Source: Actinomycetota bacterium (lineage in GTDB: Bacteria > Actinomycetota > Actinomycetes > Actinomycetales > Micrococcaceae). Taken from it: 32,000 bases of DNA. Shown piece by piece: positions 16,276 through 24,925 of this stretch. The notes beneath the pieces were generated by a model that was not told the origin of the DNA, did not search any database, and saw only the letters and a list, made by a program, of their open reading frames with translations. The stretch lies in assembly GCA_051751385.1 (NCBI GenBank), contig JBNJKW010000001.1:851272-883271 (forward strand), written 5' to 3'. The position numbers and the translations under genes are program-made. The first letter of the stretch is position 1. The number at the start of each line of letters is the position of its first letter.

Positions 16276-16399
16276 TGGGTCTCGTCGAGTCGTTGACAGG
16301 CCTCAGCCCGAGGGCGATGCTGTTTACACTGAAGCGCCGCGGCCTCAGCGTCCCTGATGCCGCAACGGCGCAATGCGACAGCATCCGGGGAGCGAGCCC

Positions 16400-17533
16400 A
16401 TGACCGCTGAAATCAACCGCCGGTCACTCCTGCAGGTCATCGGGCTGGGCGGCGGCGTCGCCTTTTTAGCCGGATGCGGCGCCGGCCGCACCGCCCCGGC
16501 ACCGACCGGAGGCAGCACATCTGGAGGCATCAGCTTCCGTGACCAGCAGGGCCGGACCATCACCTTCGACCGACCGGTCACCCGTGTGGTGACCATTCCC
16601 ATGCCGGCCGCCTCGCTGCTGGTGGCGGTGGACGGCGGCGCTGACCATCTGGCCGCCATGCACAACGCATCCTGGGTGGCGATGCGCGACGGCATCCTCG
16701 GTACCATCTTTCCCCGGGCCTTGGAGCTTCCACACGAGATCGCCACGCAGGATTTCACGCCCAACGTCGAGAGCGTACGGGCGCTGAACCCCGACGTCGT
16801 TATCCAATGGAGCGATGCTCAACTGGTAGCACCCTTGGAAAACGCCGGGCTGAAAGTGATCGGCCTGGTCAACAACGGCGAGCAGGAGGACGTGGACGCG
16901 TGGATCGCCATGTTTTCCGCCATGCTCGGGAAGCCGGAACGGGCCACAGAGATCAAGGACCACAGCGATCGGGAACTCGCCGAGGTCAAGGAACTAGCGG
17001 CCGGACGCAACGGCCCCGGGCCGAGCATCCTGTACTTCAACCGATTTTCGGGCGGGCTCAAAGCGGCGGCCGCCAAGACCTACAACGACTTCTATATCAA
17101 GCTGATCGGCGGCAGCAATCCCGCCACCGGCGAGGACGGGCTGCCTGGTACCGGCATGGTGGGGCTGGACGTGGAACAAGTCCTGAGCTGGGATCCGGAG
17201 GTCATCCTGCTGGGTAATTTCGACGGCGCCATGCCGCAGGACGTGTACGACGATCCGGTCTGGAAGAACGTCGCCGCGGTCCGGGACCGGCGAGTCTACA
17301 AGGTGCCGCTCGGCGGCTACCGCTGGGATCCGCCGGGCCAGGAATCGCCGCTCATGTGGCACTGGCTGAGCGACATCGCCTTCCCTCAGGATCAGTCCAG
17401 GTTGCGCGGCAAGATTGACGACTACTACCGGATGCTCTACAACTACAGGCCCACCACCGCGGACCTCGATCGGATTCTCTGGGCCGAGCAGAACGGCCAA
17501 TCCGCCAACTATCAGCAGTTCAATGCTGGATGA
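16400..17533 (+). CDS. ABC importer substrate-binding lipoprotein, siderophore/cobalamin (FecB/BtuF, TroA-like) class
   Basis: N-terminus MTAEINRRSLLQVIGLGGGVAFLAGCGAG has a twin-Arg motif plus lipobox LAGC. The body resembles periplasmic-binding-protein type 2 (PEVILLGNFDG, VYKVPLGGYRWD). Confidence 0.8.
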   Translation: MTAEINRRSLLQVIGLGGGVAFLAGCGAGRTAPAPTGGSTSGGISFRDQQGRTITFDRPVTRVVTIPMPAASLLVAVDGGADHLAAMHNASWVAMRDGILGTIFPRALELPHEIATQDFTPNVESVRALNPDVVIQWSDAQLVAPLENAGLKVIGLVNNGEQEDVDAWIAMFSAMLGKPERATEIKDHSDRELAEVKELAAGRNGPGPSILYFNRFSGGLKAAAAKTYNDFYIKLIGGSNPATGEDGLPGTGMVGLDVEQVLSWDPEVILLGNFDGAMPQDVYDDPVWKNVAAVRDRRVYKVPLGGYRWDPPGQESPLMWHWLSDIAFPQDQSRLRGKIDDYYRMLYNYRPTTADLDRILWAEQNGQSANYQQFNAG

Positions 17534-18632
17534 GGCGGCCTATCCACGGTCGAAAAAGCGGCGAAAGGCGGCTCGCCGTTCCCCTCTACGCAAGGATAGG
17601 AGTCAGCGGTCTGGTGTCTCGTCTGTTCTCGCACCGATCGCCGTCTCCGCTGGCCTGCTGACAGTCGCCGGCCTGGTGGCACTGGCGGTGGGCCGCTACA
17701 ACATCCCGCTATCGCATGTGGCGCAGATCCTCACTGCCCAGCTCTTCCCTGCTGCCCCCGAGGTCAGCGCCACGGAAGAGAGCGTCGTTGTGCTTGTGCG
17801 GCTGCCTCGGGTCCTGCTCGCCCTGCTGGTGGGTGCCGGGCTGTCGATCGGCGGGGCTGCCCTCCAGGCTATCTTCCGTAACCCGCTGGTCAGTCCCGAG
17901 ATTATTGGAGTGTCGGCCGGCGCATCCTTTGGCGGCGCCTTGGCCCTGCTGCTCGGTTTGGGTTCCCTGCTGCTCGTCGGTGGCGCGTTCGTCTTCGGAC
18001 TACTGGCCCTCGTCATGCTCTTCCTCATCACATCCGGGCGAGGCGGGACGCCCCTGCTGATGATCGTGCTTGGCGGGGTGGTCATTGGCTCCTTCTTCTC
18101 CGCCCTCGTCGCCTTCATCACCTACATCGCGGATCCGAACACCACGCTGCCGGCCATCGTCTTCTGGCTGCTCGGCAGCGTTGCGTCCGCTACTTTCGAG
18201 AAGGTGCTGGTGGCGGCCATCCCGATCCTGCTCGGCACCATCGTGCTCTTGGTGCTGCGCTGGCGAATCAATGTGCTCTCGCTGGGCGACGAAGACGCGG
18301 CCGCGCTGGGACTACGACCCGCGACCCTACGCTGGGTGGTGCTGGTGGCCGTCGCGCTGATGGTCGCAGGTGCTGTCGCCGTTAGTGGAGCGGTCAGCTG
18401 GGTGGGCCTCGTCATCCCGCACGTGGCCCGGATGTGGGTGGGGCCCGACCACCGGGTCCTGCTGCCGGTGTCGTTCCTGCTCGGCGGGACCTACATCATC
18501 GTGATCGACACCATCGCCCGGACGCTGACCGCCGGGGAGATTCCGCTCGGCGTGCTCACCGCCCTGATCGGCGCACCGGTGTTCTTCCTCCTCCTGCGCC
18601 AAAACCGGGACAGGATCTGGGACAGTGCTTGA
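17523..18632 (+). CDS. FecCD/BtuC-family ABC permease
   Basis: Multi-TM protein with typical FecCD segments (RLPRVLLALLVGAGLSIGGAALQAIFRNPLVSPEIIGVSAGAS; GEIPLGVLTALIGAPVFFLLLRQ). ATG 17523 overlaps the SBP gene end by 11 nt; the exact start is uncertain. Confidence 0.85.
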   Translation: MLDEAAYPRSKKRRKAARRSPLRKDRSQRSGVSSVLAPIAVSAGLLTVAGLVALAVGRYNIPLSHVAQILTAQLFPAAPEVSATEESVVVLVRLPRVLLALLVGAGLSIGGAALQAIFRNPLVSPEIIGVSAGASFGGALALLLGLGSLLLVGGAFVFGLLALVMLFLITSGRGGTPLLMIVLGGVVIGSFFSALVAFITYIADPNTTLPAIVFWLLGSVASATFEKVLVAAIPILLGTIVLLVLRWRINVLSLGDEDAAALGLRPATLRWVVLVAVALMVAGAVAVSGAVSWVGLVIPHVARMWVGPDHRVLLPVSFLLGGTYIIVIDTIARTLTAGEIPLGVLTALIGAPVFFLLLRQNRDRIWDSA

Positions 18633-19368
18633 GCTTGATGGCGTAGGATTCGGCTATAGCCCGGGGGAATGGACATTTCGTGGCGTCAGCTTCGAAGTAC
18701 ACGCCGGCACCGCGACGGCCGTGCTGGGCCCTAACGGAAGCGGAAAGACCACGCTGGTGCGCTGCGCTGCCGGATTGCTGTCGCCGGTGGAAGGCGCCGT
18801 CCGCCGGGACGGAAACGCCGGGTACGTGCCGCAAGCCCACGGAAGCGCTTTCGCCTACCCCGCACTGGAAATGGTGCTCATGGGGCGGGCCCGGCAGGTC
18901 CGCTTTTTCCGCTCGCCCGGACCGGCCGACCGGGCGGCGGCGCTGGAAGCGATGGACCGGATCGGCATCGCTGAACTACAGGACCGGCTGTTTCCCACCC
19001 TGAGCGGCGGCGAGCAGCAACTGGTCCTGCTCGCCCGCGCCATCGCCACAGGCTGCCCCGTCCTGGTTCTCGACGAGCCCGCTACCGGCCTGGACCTGAA
19101 GAATCAAGCCCGCATCCTGACGCTGCTGCGCGAACTGTGCTCCGACGGCATGACCGTACTGCTGAGCACGCACCACCCCGACCACGCGCTGTACCTGGCC
19201 GATCGGGTTGTCCTCATGGGCGGATCCGGGTCGACAACCGGGACGGCAGAAGAGTTGCTCACCGACGGGGAGCTTTCCTCGCTGTACGGCGTTCCGGTCA
19301 GCACGCTCCTGTACGCCGACGGAAACACGCAACGGCGCACCATCGTTGTCCACTACGGAGGACTCTGA
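18625..19368 (+). CDS. ABC transporter ATP-binding protein (FecE/BtuD-like)
   Basis: Walker A GPNGSGKTT, signature LSGGEQQ, Walker B VLVLDEP, H-loop STHHP. GTG 18625 overlaps the permease stop by 8 nt. Confidence 0.9.
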   Translation: MLELDGVGFGYSPGEWTFRGVSFEVHAGTATAVLGPNGSGKTTLVRCAAGLLSPVEGAVRRDGNAGYVPQAHGSAFAYPALEMVLMGRARQVRFFRSPGPADRAAALEAMDRIGIAELQDRLFPTLSGGEQQLVLLARAIATGCPVLVLDEPATGLDLKNQARILTLLRELCSDGMTVLLSTHHPDHALYLADRVVLMGGSGSTTGTAEELLTDGELSSLYGVPVSTLLYADGNTQRRTIVVHYGGL

Positions 19369-19451
19369 CCCGCTCCCGTACCCGAGTGGCCGAACGCTAT
19401 CGCTGAGCCGCCGGGTAACCACAGCGCGAAGGACGGTCCCGGGCAGCCCGT

Positions 19452-20894
19452 TCAGGATACGGCCCGGTGGCGCGGGCTGTCCGGGTTCATCAGCGAGTGC
19501 TTGCGGCTGTAGAACATGTAGATGACCAGGCCGATGATCAGCCAGATCCCGAAGCGCACCCAGGTTTCCCAGTCCAGCTGCAGCATCAGGAACCCCGAGG
19601 CCAAGACACCGAAGGCGGGGACCACCGGCATCAGCGGCAGCCGGAAGGTCCGCGGCACTTCCGGCCGGGTGCGCCGCAGCACGATCACGGCGACGCAGAC
19701 CACCACGAAGGCGGCCAAAATGCCGATGTTCGTCAGGTCGGCCACGGCACGGATGGGGAACACCCCGGCCAGCAGCGCCGACGCGATGCCGGCGATCCAC
19801 GTCACCCGCTGCGGGGTGCCGTGCCGGTCCGTCGCCGCGAACCAGCCCGGCAGCAACCCGTCGCGGCTCATCGAGAACCATACCCGGGTCACGCCCAGCA
19901 GGAAGGTGAGCATCACCGTCAGGATCGAAACAACGGCGAAGGCTGCAATGATCGTGGCCACGACCGGCAGCCCGACCGACTCGAAGGCGGACGCGAACCC
20001 CGCGGTGGGGCTGATGTCCGTATAGTTCTGCATGCCGGTCAGCACCAGGGTGGCCAGCACATAGAGCGTCATTGCGATGGCCAGCGACAGCAGGATCGCC
20101 TTCGGCATGTGCTTCTTGCCGTCAACGGATTCCTCCGCCGCCGTGCTCATCGCGTCATAGCCGAACACTGCGAAGAAGACGGTGGCGGCACCGGCCAGCA
20201 CCGAACCGAATCCGGAGGGCATGAACGGGGTGTAGTTGTCCGGGTTCACAAAGAAGAAGCCCAGCCCAATGATGAAGAGGATCAGCACGATCTTCAGCCC
20301 GACCGCTATCAGTTCGAACCGGCCGAAGGTGCGGGTCCCGCGGCTAAGGATCCAAGTGATCAACACGCAGACCAGAATGGCCGGCAGGTTGATCACGCCG
20401 CCCTCGACCGTGTCGCTGGTGCCCTGCATCCAGGCCGGTACCTCGACGCCGATGCCCGCCATAAAGGCGCTGAAATAGCCCGAGATACCGATGGCGACGA
20501 CGGCGACGATGGCCGTATACTCCAGCAGCAGGTCCCAGCCGATAAACCAGCCGATGAGCTCCCCCAGGGCAACATAACCATACGTGTAGGCGGAGCCGGC
20601 AAACGGGATCATGCCCGCGAATTCTGCGTACGACAATGCGGCCGCCGCGCTGGCTAGGCCGGCAATGAGGAAGGAAATGAGTACCGCCGGGCCGACCGGC
20701 TCCGCGTCAGCGCCGCCGTTGGCCACAAGCCCGGCCAGCGTGAAGATACCGATGCCGATGATCCCGCCAACGCCGATCGCGGTCAGCTGCCACACGCCCA
20801 AGCTTTTGGAAAGATGGCTTTCCCCGCTTTCCTCAACTAGCTCCGTAATCGGCTTGCGCCTGAGGATGGATTGGGAACCGCTCCCGATAGACAT
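19452..20894 (-). CDS. APC-superfamily amino-acid permease (cationic amino-acid transporter-like)
   Basis: Start taken at ATG 20894 (MSIGSGSQS...), preceded by TGGAG. Has the N-terminal APC motif LSKSLGVWQLTAIGVGGIIGIGIF and about 12-14 TM segments. The upstream extension to 21044 is Arg/Pro-rich and unlikely. Confidence 0.85.
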   Translation of the reverse strand: MSIGSGSQSILRRKPITELVEESGESHLSKSLGVWQLTAIGVGGIIGIGIFTLAGLVANGGADAEPVGPAVLISFLIAGLASAAAALSYAEFAGMIPFAGSAYTYGYVALGELIGWFIGWDLLLEYTAIVAVVAIGISGYFSAFMAGIGVEVPAWMQGTSDTVEGGVINLPAILVCVLITWILSRGTRTFGRFELIAVGLKIVLILFIIGLGFFFVNPDNYTPFMPSGFGSVLAGAATVFFAVFGYDAMSTAAEESVDGKKHMPKAILLSLAIAMTLYVLATLVLTGMQNYTDISPTAGFASAFESVGLPVVATIIAAFAVVSILTVMLTFLLGVTRVWFSMSRDGLLPGWFAATDRHGTPQRVTWIAGIASALLAGVFPIRAVADLTNIGILAAFVVVCVAVIVLRRTRPEVPRTFRLPLMPVVPAFGVLASGFLMLQLDWETWVRFGIWLIIGLVIYMFYSRKHSLMNPDSPRHRAVS

Positions 20895-21102
20895 GCCGGA
20901 CTCCAATGTTCGAGCCTGCATCTGCCGCCGGAACCCTGTGCAAGGGGCGGCTCCGCCGTGCGGATGCCCTGTACGTGTTCGAGTATGGACCGCGCGCCGC
21001 CCGCTGGGAATAGTTTGCGGTCCTGAACATGCAAATTCCGCCACGCCGGTTGCGATCTCAACCGTGCTTGGTCCCGGCGGACGGCCGCGATAGCGTCAAA
21101 CC

Positions 21103-21471
21103 GTGGACAAGCCGAAGACCGTAGACGAATACCTGGCCACGTTCCCCGAAGACGCCCGTCGGCTGTTGGACGAGCTGCGCGCGCTGAGCCGCGGGCAGGT
21201 ACCTGAAGCCGCAGAGGCCTTGAAATGGGGTTCTCCGGCGTACTCTCTCGACGGCACCATCATGTTTGTTTTTGCCGGTTACCGGCAGCACGCAAACTTC
21301 GTTTTTACGCCGAGCACCCGAGCGGCGTTCGCCGACGAACTCGCCGACTTCCGAACGGGCAAGGGGTCGATACAGTTGCCCTACGGACAGCCTGTTCCCG
21401 CCGAGCTGCTGGGACGGATGATTGCCCACCGCATCCGCGAATTCCGCGAAGACGGTGTCTTGTGGATGTAG
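21103..21471 (+). CDS. DUF1801/YdhG-like small protein
   Basis: 122 aa. KTVDEYLATFPEDARRLLDELRALSRG...LKWGSPAYSLDG...FAGYRQHANFVF is the typical DUF1801 pattern. GTG start. Confidence 0.65.
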   Translation: MDKPKTVDEYLATFPEDARRLLDELRALSRGQVPEAAEALKWGSPAYSLDGTIMFVFAGYRQHANFVFTPSTRAAFADELADFRTGKGSIQLPYGQPVPAELLGRMIAHRIREFREDGVLWM

Positions 21472-21607
21472 GACACGGTGATTGCGACTACGGATTGTGG
21501 ACCTTTTGAACGTCTAACCACCAGTTCGGCCAACGGGACGTCCGGGCGGTCGGCTTCCCATCATCGCGCCCCTGTTGCCCGCGCATCCTTTGGGCTAGGG
21601 TGGGCCC

Positions 21608-24600
21608 ATGTCGCGGTTCAGCTTTTTGGAGTGGCCCGTTGTGCGGCAGCTCCGATCGAGTGATTCACTTGGACGGGGCGAGGCCGTCACATCGCCGCGG
21701 ACCCGCGGCATCACTCCCCGGACATCCAGCGCAGACCGCGTGGTGCAAAGCGTGTGCCCCTACTGTGCGGTGGGATGCGGCCAACGCGTCTTCGTCAAGG
21801 ACGAGAAGGTCGTCCAGATCGAAGGGGACCCGGATTCGCCGATCTCCCGCGGCCGGCTCTGCCCCAAGGGATCCGCCAGCGAGCAGTTGGTCAACGCGCC
21901 GAGCAGGCAGACGCAGGTGCTGTATAGGGCACCCCATGCCAAGGACTGGCAGCACCTTGACCTGGACACCGCCGTCGATATGGTGGCCGACAGGTTCCTT
22001 GAGGCGCGCCGGAACAACTGGCAGCAAAACGATGAGCACGGCCGGCCGCTCCGGCGGACCATGGGCATCGCCGGCCTGGGTGGGGCAACCCTGGACAACG
22101 AAGAGAACTATCTGATCAAGAAGCTCTTCACCGCAGCGGGCGCCATCCAGCTCGAAAACCAAGCGCGCATTTGACACTCCGCCACGGTTCCCAGTTTGGG
22201 AACCTCGTTTGGACGCGGGGGAGCGACGCAATCGCTCCAGGACATGGCCAATGCCGACTGCATTGTTATCCAAGGTTCAAACATGGCCGAGTGCCATCCC
22301 GTCGGCTACCAGTGGGTGACGGAGGCTAAGGCGCGCGGCGCGAAGGTCATCCATGTGGATCCGCGGTTCACCCGCACCAGCGCGGTGGCCGACAGGCATG
22401 TTCCGATCCGCGCCGGCTCGGACATCGTTCTTTTGGGTGCCCTGATCAACCATGTGATCAGCAACGATCTGTGGTTCAAGGAATACGTTCTTGCCTATAC
22501 GAACGCGGCAACGCTGGTGGGCGAAGACTTCCGTGACACCGAGGACCTGGACGGGTTGTTCTCCGGGTTCGATCCGGAAACGGGCCAGTATGACCTGGCT
22601 TCCTGGGCCTATGAACGGAGATCAGAGGCAGAAGAATCGGCAGGACACGGACACGAACACGGCCACGAACACGGCGCGGATACCGCCGCCCGGGCCGCCG
22701 GAGATCAATACGGCAGCGGTGGGCCTCCCCTGGGGCGTCCTGACTTCGAGCAGGACCCAACCCTTGAGCACCCGCGGACGGTGTTCCAGATCCTGAAACG
22801 CCACTACTCGCGTTACACTCCGGAAATGGTCCGGGACGCCTGCGGCATCTCCCTTGAGGATTTCGACTACCTCGCGAGGGCAGTCACGGAGAACTCAGGC
22901 CGCGACCGGACCACCTGCTTTGCGTATGCCGTCGGCTGGACCCAGCACACGGTGGGGGCGCAGTACATCCGCACCGCGGCGATCCTGCAGCTCCTGTTGG
23001 GCAACGTGGGGCGGCCAGGCGGGGGAGTCATGGCGCTGCGCGGGCACGCCAGCATCCAAGGCTCCACCGACATCCCGACCCTGTTCAACCTGCTGCCCGG
23101 ATACCTCCCCATGCCGAAGGCCGGTATTGAGACTCTGCGCGAATACTGCGACGGCATTGCATCCCCGGAGCAGAAGGGCTACTGGGCCAATGCCGATGCC
23201 TACACCATCAGCTTGCTCAAAGCTTGGTGGGGCGACGCGGCCAACGAAGACTCGGACTGGGGCTACGGCTACCTTCCCCGAATTAACGGCCCGCACGGGA
23301 CGTACCAGACCGTGATGAGCATGCTTGATGATGAGGTGGAGGGCTACTTCGTCTTTGGCCAGAACCCCGCCATCGGGTCTGCAAACGGCCGGATGCAGCG
23401 CCTTGGCATGTCCCATTTGAAATGGCTGGTGGTGCGCGACCTGAACCTTATCGAGTCGGCGACCTGGTGGAAGGACGGTCCGGAGATCGCCTCGGGCGAG
23501 CTGCGCACCGAGGACATCGGCACGGAGGTCTTCTTCTTGCCGGCCGCTACGCATGTGGAAAAGGCCGGCTCCTTTACCCAGACCCAGCGGCTGCTGCAAT
23601 GGCGGCACCAGGCTGTCCGGCCGCCGGGTGACTGCCGAAGCGAACTGCAGTTCTTCTACGAGTTGGGCAGGCGCATCCGGGCCAAGCTGGCGGATTCGAC
23701 CGATGAACGGGACCGGCCGCTGCTGGACCTGACCTGGGACTATCCCACCGATGAACACGGCGAGCCTGACGGTGAGGCGGTGCTCGCCGAAATCAACGGC
23801 CGGCATCTCACTGGTCCCAAAGCCGGCCAGCTCCTCTCGTCGTACACCGAGATGCGCCCCGACGGCTCGACGGCGGGCGGATGCTGGATCTATACCGGCG
23901 TCTACGCGGACGGTATTAACCACGCCGCGGACCGAAAGCCCGGGCAGGAACAAGGGATCGTCGCCGCCGACTGGGGCTGGGCATGGCCGGCCAACCGGCG
24001 CATTCTCTACAACCGCGCCTCCGCGGATCCCGAGGGCAAGCCGTGGAGCGAACGCAAGAAGTACATTTGGTGGGACCAGGGGCAGAGCCGGTGGATAGGC
24101 GAGGACGTGCCCGATTTCCCCGTGGACCGCGCTCCGGGAAGCCGTCCGGATATATCCGCGGGCGGTGCCGCCGCCTTGGCGGGAGACGACCCCTTCATCA
24201 TGCAAGCCGATGGCAAGGGATGGCTGTTCGCGCCGAAGGGCATGGTGGACGGTCCGCTGCCGACCCACTATGAGCCGCAGGAGTCGCCGGTAGCCAACCC
24301 GCTCTACCGACAGCAGCAAAACCCCGCCCGACTGATCTACCCGCGCGAAGACAACCTCAGTGCGCCCAGCGCGGGCACCCGCGGCGCGGACATCTACCCG
24401 TACGTCTTCACCACGTACCGGTTGACCGAACACCACACGGCCGGCGGGATGAGCCGGTGGCTGCCGTACCTCGCGGAGCTTCAGCCGGAGATGTTCTGCG
24501 AAGTGTCCCCGGAATTGGCGGCCGAACGTGGGTTGGAACCCTACGGATGGGCAACCATCATCTCGCCCAGGGCGGCCATCGAGGCGAGGGTACTGGTCAC

Positions 24601-24925
24601 TGATCGGATGAGGCCGTTGGTGGTGGGCGGCCGCACGATGCACCAGATCGGGCTGCCCTACCATTGGGGGGTCGGCGGTGACGCCGTCGTCAGCGGCGAC
24701 GCAGCCAATGACCTGCTGGGGGTGACACTGGATCCGAATGTGCAGATCCAGGAGTCCAAGGCCGGATCATGCGACATCCGTCCGGGTCGGCGGCCGCAGG
24801 GACCGGAACTCCTCTCCTTGGTAGCCGACTATCAAGCCCGCGCCGGTGTAACGCCCGAGACCGGCAGCGACAAGGTCACCGGCGCCCACCGGGTGTTGGG
24901 TGACGAATCGACGAGGGAAGACTAA
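21608..24925 (+). CDS. fdhA: Formate dehydrogenase catalytic (alpha) subunit, molybdopterin enzyme, selenocysteine at codon 189 (in-frame TGA 22172-22174)
   Basis: Track ORFs 21608-22174 and 22196-24925 are in the same frame and separated only by the TGA. The joined context ENQARI-U-HSATVPSLGTSFGRGGATQ matches the FdnG/FdhF Sec site (QARVUHGP..). N-terminal 4Fe-4S motif CPYCAVGCGQ. A SECIS-like hairpin and the sel genes are adjacent. Confidence 0.9.
22172..22212 (+). other. UGA(Sec) codon plus bacterial SECIS-like stem-loop
   Basis: The 11 nt CACTCCGCCAC follow the TGA, then stem GGTTCCC (22186-22192), loop AGTTT and stem GGGAACC (22198-22204). The loop contains GU. The 11-nt spacing equals that of the E. 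coli fdhF minimal SECIS, as I recall it. Confidence 0.75.

Noticed and set aside
16079-16399. Possible cobalamin riboswitch ahead of the BtuF/FecB-type ABC operon
   Set aside because: I could not find a B12-box-like element (AGYCMGGAGACCKGCC-type) or the GGGAA..GGTG..TCC core. An Infernal scan would be decisive.
20895-21102. Possible amino-acid riboswitch (lysine or glycine) in the 5' leader of the APC permease
   Set aside because: A repeated CTCGAACA and partial stems were noticed. No lysine or glycine riboswitch core could be recognised and the hairpins are imperfect, so evidence is insufficient.
21472-21607. Possible Moco riboswitch upstream of fdhA
   Set aside because: The 136-nt spacer is about the right size, but I saw none of the conserved Moco-motif strings I remember (for example CCUCCGAG). 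An Rfam scan would settle it.
21600-22115. 171-aa plus-strand ORF overlapping the fdhA 5' region in another frame
   Set aside because: The product is Arg/Ser/Pro-rich. The competing frame carries the CPYCAVGCGQ Fe-S motif and the conserved FdhA N-terminus.
22895-24664. 589-aa minus-strand ORF inside fdhA. The same issue applies to 24767-25966(-), 28972-30183(-), 19467-20657(+), 10462-11592(-) and 10439-11461(+).
   Set aside because: All are antisense or out-of-frame shadows of genes with clear family motifs (FdhA/B, SelA/B, APC permease, hydrogenase accessory genes). Their translations are Arg/Pro/Gly-biased.
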